A DNA stretch of 32,000 nt, from positions 6,270,001 to 6,302,000 of the forward strand of contig NZ_CP042911.1 in NCBI RefSeq assembly GCF_008065095.1. The letters are read 5' to 3'. Shown piece after piece: positions 23,761-32,000 of the stretch (within the stretch, counting starts at the first letter, position 1; every line of letters begins with the position of its first letter). The notes under the pieces are model-generated. The model saw only the letters and a program-made list of their open reading frames with translations, did not search any database and was not told the DNA's origin. Source of the stretch: Gemmata obscuriglobus (GTDB lineage Bacteria > Planctomycetota > Planctomycetia > Gemmatales > Gemmataceae). Made by a program: the position numbers and the translations under genes.

Positions 23761-23997
23761 CTACGGTTTCGGGCCGAAATCCGGTGGCGGGAGCTTGTCG
23801 TCGTCCTTATTTTTCGGCAGTCCCCCGTCTCCGCCCGGTTGCACCGACGGGCCGGGGTTCGGCGCTCCATCTGCCCGTACCTTGCTCGGGAAGCAGTTGT
23901 CGAGGAACCCTGCCACCGGAGCGTTGCTGCAACCGGTCGTGTATACGACTAGCGCCGCCGCGGCCGCCAGTGTGCCCTGCTTCAACCGATGGTTCAT
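23761..23997 (-). CDS. small lipoprotein-like hypothetical protein
   Basis: Internal ATG 23997 of ORF 23761..24048(-). The product is MNHRLKQGTLAAAAALVVYTTGCSNAP..., followed by a Pro/Gly/Asp-rich tail. Third-position GC is somewhat lower than in neighbours (about three quarters by hand count). Confidence 0.45.
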   Translation of the reverse strand: MNHRLKQGTLAAAAALVVYTTGCSNAPVAGFLDNCFPSKVRADGAPNPGPSVQPGGDGGLPKNKDDDKLPPPDFGPKP

Positions 23998-24108
23998 CTC
24001 GCGCCCCTCAGCGTGTACCCGGACGGATTCCGCGACCGTGAATAGCACCCGGCGGTCGCGCCGTCTACACTAGGCACCGCCCGCTTCGCCCCACACCCGA
24101 GGTTTCGC

Positions 24109-24684
24109 ATGAAGGCGCTGTTAGTCGCGGCCGTCGCCGCCGTCGCCGGGTTCGCGCTCGTCGGTCACGCGGAGGACAAGAAGGTGAGCCCGCTCGACTA
24201 CAAGATGAAAGACATCGACGGAAAAGACGTCGAGCTGTCGAAGTACAAGGGTAAGGTGGTCCTGTTCGTGAACGTGGCCAGCAAGTGCGGCCTCACCCCC
24301 CAGTACAACGCCCTCCAGGCGCTCCACGAGAAATACGAGAAGGAAGGGCTCGTGCTGATCGGCGTCCCGGCCAACGAGTTCGGCGCCCAGGAGCCCGGCA
24401 CCGACACAGAGATCAAGAAGTTCTGCAGCACCGAGTACAAGGTCACGTTCCCGATGCTGGCGAAGGTGGCCGTGAAGGGCGACAAGCAGGTGCCGCTGTA
24501 CAAGACGTTGGTCGAAGCCACCCCGAATAAAGAGGGGAAAATCGAACCGGTGAGTTGGAACTTCGAGAAGTTCCTGGTCGGCCGTGACGGCACAGTGGTG
24601 GCGCGCTTCAAGCCGCAGACCAAGCCGGACGCACCCGAGATCACGAAGGCGATCGAAACCGAACTCGCCAAGAAGGTCAAGTAA
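24109..24684 (+). CDS. gpx: glutathione peroxidase family protein (secreted form)
   Basis: Signal peptide MKALLVAAVAAVAGFALVGHA. GPx blocks are LFVNVASKCGLTPQY, LIGVPANEFGAQEPG and WNFEKFLVGRDG. Confidence 0.9.
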   Translation: MKALLVAAVAAVAGFALVGHAEDKKVSPLDYKMKDIDGKDVELSKYKGKVVLFVNVASKCGLTPQYNALQALHEKYEKEGLVLIGVPANEFGAQEPGTDTEIKKFCSTEYKVTFPMLAKVAVKGDKQVPLYKTLVEATPNKEGKIEPVSWNFEKFLVGRDGTVVARFKPQTKPDAPEITKAIETELAKKVK

Positions 24685-24700
24685 GCACGATCGGTTCCTC

Positions 24701-24781
24701 GGCGGCCGCAGTGGGGGTGGACTTTGAAAGACACGGGGCAACTCCGCGTCTCCTTCAAAATCCGCCCCCACTGCGGCCGCC
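24701..24781. terminator. very long hairpin between gpx and folP
   Basis: GGCGGCCGCAGTGGGGGTGGACTTTGAA (24701-24728) against TTCAAAATCCGCCCCCACTGCGGCCGCC (24754-24781) gives 28 positions with 26 Watson-Crick pairs, 1 G-U and 1 mismatch. The inner segment AGACACGG/CCGCGTCT can pair further. Confidence 0.5.
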
Positions 24782-24801
24782 TGCGGATAAGTTCTTCTGT
24801 A

Positions 24802-25650
24802 ATGTCTCCACTCGTGTGGCACCTCCGGAATCGCGTCATTCACTTCGGGCGGCGCCCGCTGGTGATGGGAATCGTCAACGTCACCCCCGACAGCTTCTCC
24901 GACGGCGGGCGGTTCTTCGACCCCTCTGCGGCTGTTGCGCACGCCCTACAACTGATCCGTGATGGCGCCGACATCCTCGACATCGGCGGCGAATCCACAC
25001 GTCCGGGGGCGGCGCCCGTTTCTCTCGCGGACGAGTTACAGCGGGTGGTGCCCGTCGTCGCGGAGCTGGCGCAGCGGACGGACGTGCCGCTCTCCGTAGA
25101 CACGATGAAAGCCGAGGTCGCACGCGCGAGCCTTGCAGCCGGAGCAGCGGTCATTAACGACGTGGCCGGGTTTCGCGATCCGGCGATGGTCGCAGTCGCA
25201 CGCGAGTTCCGCGCCGGTGCGGTCGTGATGCACATGCGGGGCGAACCGGCCACAATGCAGCACAACCCGCAGTACAGCGACGTAGTTGCGGAGGTCACCG
25301 GCTACCTGCAAGAGAGGTTGCGGGTTCTGGGCGAATCCGGTATCCCTCCAGAAAGGGTGTGCCTCGACCCCGGTATCGGGTTCGGGAAGACGCTGGAGCA
25401 CAACCTCACCCTGCTTGCGAACCTGAACACGGTCGCGGACCTCCATCGACCGGTGTGTCTGGGCGTGTCCCGCAAAGGTTTCATTGGGAAGCTCTGCGGG
25501 CGCGAGTTGACCGAACGCGACCCCGGTTCGTTGGCCGTCGGGTGTTTCGCGGCGGCCCGCGGTGCGGCCCACATCCTTCGCGTTCACGACGTGAGGGGCG
25601 CCCGCGACGCCGCTGTTCTGCTCGACGCCATCGACCAACACAAGCACTGA
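24802..25650 (+). CDS. folP: dihydropteroate synthase
   Basis: ATG 24802 within ORF 24724..25650; the upstream part of that ORF lies in the hairpin. Blocks are LVMGIVNVTPDSFSDGG, DILDIGGESTRPGA, SVDTMKAEVA and DPGIGFGKT. Confidence 0.9.
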   Translation: MSPLVWHLRNRVIHFGRRPLVMGIVNVTPDSFSDGGRFFDPSAAVAHALQLIRDGADILDIGGESTRPGAAPVSLADELQRVVPVVAELAQRTDVPLSVDTMKAEVARASLAAGAAVINDVAGFRDPAMVAVAREFRAGAVVMHMRGEPATMQHNPQYSDVVAEVTGYLQERLRVLGESGIPPERVCLDPGIGFGKTLEHNLTLLANLNTVADLHRPVCLGVSRKGFIGKLCGRELTERDPGSLAVGCFAAARGAAHILRVHDVRGARDAAVLLDAIDQHKH

Positions 25651-25662
25651 GGCGATTTCACC

Positions 25663-26955
25663 GTGTCCGCCGCTCTCCCCGCGAGCACGCTCGCGCCCGA
25701 CGATCTGTCCGCCCTCTGCCTCGGTCTCGCCCAGCGGGCAAAGGCCGCGTCCCGCGTACTCACCACCGTCCCGACCGCCGCGAAGAACCGGTGGCTGCTG
25801 TTGGCCGCTGACGCACTGCTCGCGCATCAGGACGAGTTGATCGCGGAGAATGCGAAAGACGTCGCCGCCGCGCCCGGGTTCGGGCTGAACGCCGCAGCGA
25901 TCGACCGCCTCACACTCAACCCGAAGCGCATCGCCGCTGCCGCAGAGGGACTGCGCCAGGTCGCGGCGCTCCCCGATCCTGTCGGGGAAGTGCGCGAAGC
26001 GACCGAGCGACCGAACGGGCTGCAGGTGCTCAAGGTCGGCGTGCCGCTCGGCGTGGTGTTCTTCATTTACGAATCGCGCCCGAACGTCACCACCGACGCG
26101 GCGGCGCTGTGCGTGAAGAGTGGCAACGCAGTCATCCTCCGCGGCGGCAAAGAGGCCCTGCACTCGAACACCGCCCTGCACCACCTTCTGAGCATCGAAC
26201 TGGTGCGCGCGGGGCTTCCTGCGAACGCGGTGCAACTCGTACCGACCACGGACCGCCAAGCGGTCGGCCACCTGCTCGCGATGAACGACTTGATTGATCT
26301 GGCCATTCCCCGCGGCGGGAAGTCGCTGATACAGCGTGTCGCGGCCGAAGCCCGCATGCCGGTCATCAAGCACTTCGACGGCGTGTGCCACGTGTACGTC
26401 GATGCCGCGGCCGACCTCGCGGTCGCCGAGCGCATCATTGTGAACGCCAAGTGCCAGCGCCCCGGGACGTGCAACGCGGCCGAGTGCCTGTTGGTTCACG
26501 CCGGGGTGGCCGACGAGTTCCTCCCCCGCGCCGGGGCCGCGCTTCAGGCAAAGGGCGTCGAGCTGCGCGGGTGCCCGGAAACGTGCCGACGGGTCCCGGG
26601 CGCGCGGGCCGCGACCGAGGACGATTACCGGACCGAGTACCTGGACCTCGTCCTCTCGGTCAAGGTGGTCGCCGGTTTCGACGAAGCGGTGGAACACATT
26701 GCGACTTACGGCTCGCACCACACGGACGCGATCGTGACGCGGGACATCGGCGCGGCCCGGGCGTTCACCCGTCGGGTCGATTCGGCCGCGGTCATGGTGA
26801 ACGCCAGCACGCGCTTCAATGACGGGTTCGAGTTGGGGTTAGGCGCAGAAATCGGTATCAGCACGAACAAGTTTCACGCGCGCGGCCCGTGTGGGCTGCG
26901 CGAGCTGACGACCTACAAGTTCGTCGTCACCGGCGACGGGCACGTCCGCGAGTGA
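25663..26955 (+). CDS. proA: gamma-glutamyl phosphate reductase
   Basis: 430 aa with a GTG start. ProA blocks are [45 protein letters not shown] and [30 protein letters not shown]. Confidence 0.9.
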   Translation: MSAALPASTLAPDDLSALCLGLAQRAKAASRVLTTVPTAAKNRWLLLAADALLAHQDELIAENAKDVAAAPGFGLNAAAIDRLTLNPKRIAAAAEGLRQVAALPDPVGEVREATERPNGLQVLKVGVPLGVVFFIYESRPNVTTDAAALCVKSGNAVILRGGKEALHSNTALHHLLSIELVRAGLPANAVQLVPTTDRQAVGHLLAMNDLIDLAIPRGGKSLIQRVAAEARMPVIKHFDGVCHVYVDAAADLAVAERIIVNAKCQRPGTCNAAECLLVHAGVADEFLPRAGAALQAKGVELRGCPETCRRVPGARAATEDDYRTEYLDLVLSVKVVAGFDEAVEHIATYGSHHTDAIVTRDIGAARAFTRRVDSAAVMVNASTRFNDGFELGLGAEIGISTNKFHARGPCGLRELTTYKFVVTGDGHVRE

Positions 26956-27176
26956 GTAACGGCCGATGATGTACGGCGCGTTCGTCCTGATCACGGGCGT
27001 ATCGGGCGTGTCTTGCACCGTCCCGTCAATAGAGTCGCTGCACAATAGCTACAGGCTTGCCACAAGTGCAGTTTGTTGGTGGAGTTGTGGTAGCTTTAGC
27101 CACCTCGTAGACTTTCGGTCGTAAAGTCAGACGCAGCAACAGTTACGGCAAGAATGCGAGTAATTGCGCAGGGACT

Positions 27177-27520
27177 CTAATACTACAGCGCCTCGGCAGT
27201 TGCCCTTTTATGCCCGTGGCGTGCCGTGATACAAGACGAGCCTCATGCTCGTTGGGAGATGCGTACATGGGCGTGCCGGCCGCGCCGCCAGGCCGCGTTG
27301 AGCGCAGCCGATGTCGAGCGGCGGAGTCGGGGACAACCAGAGGCGCTGTATTATGCCAAAGTCCGAGTGCCAAAACCTACAGGGGCACCCTTAGTACTAC
27401 AACGTAGGATCGCCGTAAGTCCTTATTTCATGGCCGCAGTTGCGGTCGTAAGTCCTGATTCTTCGTGGGCACAGGCCCTGAAGAATCACCACTTGCGCCA
27501 ACCCTGCGCTGTAGTATTAG
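27177..27520. other. inverted-repeat-bounded non-coding element (candidate structured RNA or MITE)
   Basis: CTAATACTACAGCGC (27177-27191) is the perfect reverse complement of GCGCTGTAGTATTAG (27506-27520). Related half-sites and several local hairpins lie inside, and there is no credible ORF. Confidence 0.5.
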
Positions 27521-27556
27521 CAAAGGACCTGATCTCGGTCGGCGCCGTGCGGGCAC

Positions 27557-27910
27557 TCACGGCCCGATGGCTTCGGAGCCGCGTTCGCCCGTGCGGATGC
27601 GGACACAGTCCTCGAGCGGCAGCACGAAGATCTTGCCGTCGCCAATGGTGCCCGTGTCGCCGGTGCGGGCCGCGTGGACGATCGCCTCAACGGTCGCCTC
27701 GACGAACGCCTCGTTGATCGCGATCTCGAGCTTCAGCTTGGGGATCAGGCGGATCTGCACCTCGGTCGCGCGGTACACCTCGGTGTACCCGCGCTGGCGA
27801 CCGCACCCGCGGACGTCGCTGACGGTCATCAGGTACACGTCGCGCTCCGCGAGCGCCTTTTGCACGTCTTCGAGCTTTTCGGGGCGGATGATCGCAACAA
27901 TAAGTTTCAT
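27557..27910 (-). CDS. glnK: P-II nitrogen regulatory protein
   Basis: 117 aa: MKLIVAIIRPEKLEDVQKALAERDVYLMTVSDVRGCGRQRGYTEVYRATEV...GDGKIFVLPLEDCVRIRTGERG. This is the canonical P-II fold signature. It lies directly downstream of amt. Confidence 0.92.
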   Translation of the reverse strand: MKLIVAIIRPEKLEDVQKALAERDVYLMTVSDVRGCGRQRGYTEVYRATEVQIRLIPKLKLEIAINEAFVEATVEAIVHAARTGDTGTIGDGKIFVLPLEDCVRIRTGERGSEAIGP

Positions 27911-27951
27911 GTATTTGTGTCTGTGTGGGTGAAAGCAACGGTGAGTGGGGA

Positions 27952-28006
27952 GCGTGAGTAAAAGGCCGACCGGCGGGGGCGCGGACCGGTCGCCTTTTAC
28001 TCACGC
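27952..28006. terminator. intercistronic hairpin between amt and glnK
   Basis: GCGTGAGTAAAAGGCCGACCGG (27952-27973) pairs with CCGGTCGCCTTTTACTCACGC (27986-28006), about 21 bp with one bulge. The inner GC stem is followed by TTTT on both strands. Confidence 0.5.
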
Positions 28007-28018
28007 GCGCACCCGCGG

Positions 28019-30529
<2,511 letters not shown>

Positions 30530-30622
30530 TACGCACCTTGGTTACGCACACCGCGGCGGGAAAGCACCAGTTTCTCAGCACTGATGCTAACTGGTAAACG
30601 GGAGGGAACAGGGGTGCTGGAA

Positions 30623-30638
30623 GGCAGACGAGGTGCCA
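30623..30638 (-). promoter_or_regulatory. candidate sigma-54 (-24/-12) promoter for amt-glnK
   Basis: The minus strand reads TGGCACCTCGTCTGCC. GG (30637-30636) and GC (30625-30624) have the canonical spacing of TGGCAC-N5-TTGC. The site is about 95 nt upstream of the amt ATG (30529). Confidence 0.4.
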
Positions 30639-31019
30639 CGTGCGAGAAAAGAAGAAAATTGGTTGCAAGATACTAATTGATAGATACTTACAGCAAATTG
30701 GCACTCTTCGACTTATTGCTACACCACTGGGCATTCGCCTATTTACTGCGCATTGGTGCCTGCTATTTCAACTTCAGGCTTTAGCCCATAAATGAGGCTA
30801 ATGCTAATCCTCACCGGAACAGCCGGTACAACCGGTACGTGGGCAAAGTAATTTCTTCGCAGTCGATCGCTTCCGCTGCCTGTTCCGCACGTTGTTGGTC
30901 GATCCGAAATCTCGCTGGAAGTTCGCGAGTCAACCCGAACGACGGCTCAGGAAGGGCCGACGCAAGGAACAACCGGGAGCGCCCGACGCGACCTCCAATC
31001 CAGCCCAAGGAAGGATCAC

Positions 31020-32000
<981 letters not shown>

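Noticed and set aside
27077-27084. TGGTGGAG on the + strand (CTCCACCA on the minus strand) suggested the 3' end of a tmRNA or tRNA-like molecule within the non-coding island.
   Set aside because: The preceding sequence does not form a T-arm with a TTCRA-type loop. No matching 5' acceptor strand (GGGGUUG-like) lies at a suitable distance; the nearest is GGGTTGG at 27497-27503 on the minus strand, which mispairs. No tag-peptide-like reading frame was evident.
27355-27366. CCAAAGTCCGAG resembles the universally conserved GGAAAGUCCGG (P4) segment of RNase P RNA.
   Set aside because: The other conserved RNase P blocks (GGUAAGAGC-type, ACAGAACCCGGCUUA-type 3' strand) are absent. The position relative to the closing helix does not fit the P1-P4 layout.
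27143-27717. ORFs 27143..27373(-) and 27226..27717(+) inside the non-coding island.
   Set aside because: Neither has an RBS or a family signature. One overlaps glnK antisense. The region has low GC and dense inverted repeats, more consistent with RNA or repeat DNA than with coding sequence.
30699-30720. TGGCAC ... TTGCT on the + strand, looking like a sigma-54 promoter pointing at the porin gene.
   Set aside because: GG (30700-30701) and GC (30718-30719) are 18 nt apart rather than the required 12, so it does not fit the -24/-12 geometry.

Overview
High-GC, planctomycete-like (Gemmata-group style) chromosomal segment; the taxon is inferred from composition and protein types. From the window start: a partial SGNH esterase, a small LTXXQ periplasmic protein, an internally deleted IS630-type transposase relic and an APH-like kinase. 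The centrepiece is a complete Tad/Flp pilus locus on the + strand: two flp pilins, cpaA, cpaB, cpaC, cpaE/tadZ, cpaF/tadA, tadB, tadC and a lipoprotein, closed by a strong intrinsic terminator at 14340-14380. A second co-oriented unit follows: a 75-aa membrane protein, a wHTH-AAA+ ATPase and a TPR TadD-like lipoprotein. It converges on a 1213-aa zinc-ribbon/TM/beta-propeller protein. Further on lie a transglutaminase-hydrolase fusion, a decayed TIGR02996-like fragment, gpx, folP and proA, then a 600-bp structured non-coding island. The window ends with an amt-glnK operon on the minus strand and a partial OmpL-like porin carrying an (AACGGC)11 microsatellite. Most interesting are the 836-aa Amt with periplasmic coiled-coil modules, the non-coding island, a 13-nt repeat family confined to the spacers of the tad cluster (within the operon and just upstream of the AAA+ gene), and the non-canonical accessory unit next to the tad genes. 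No rRNA, tRNA or CRISPR array was seen. All calls rest on reading the sequence and remembered family signatures; no searches were run.
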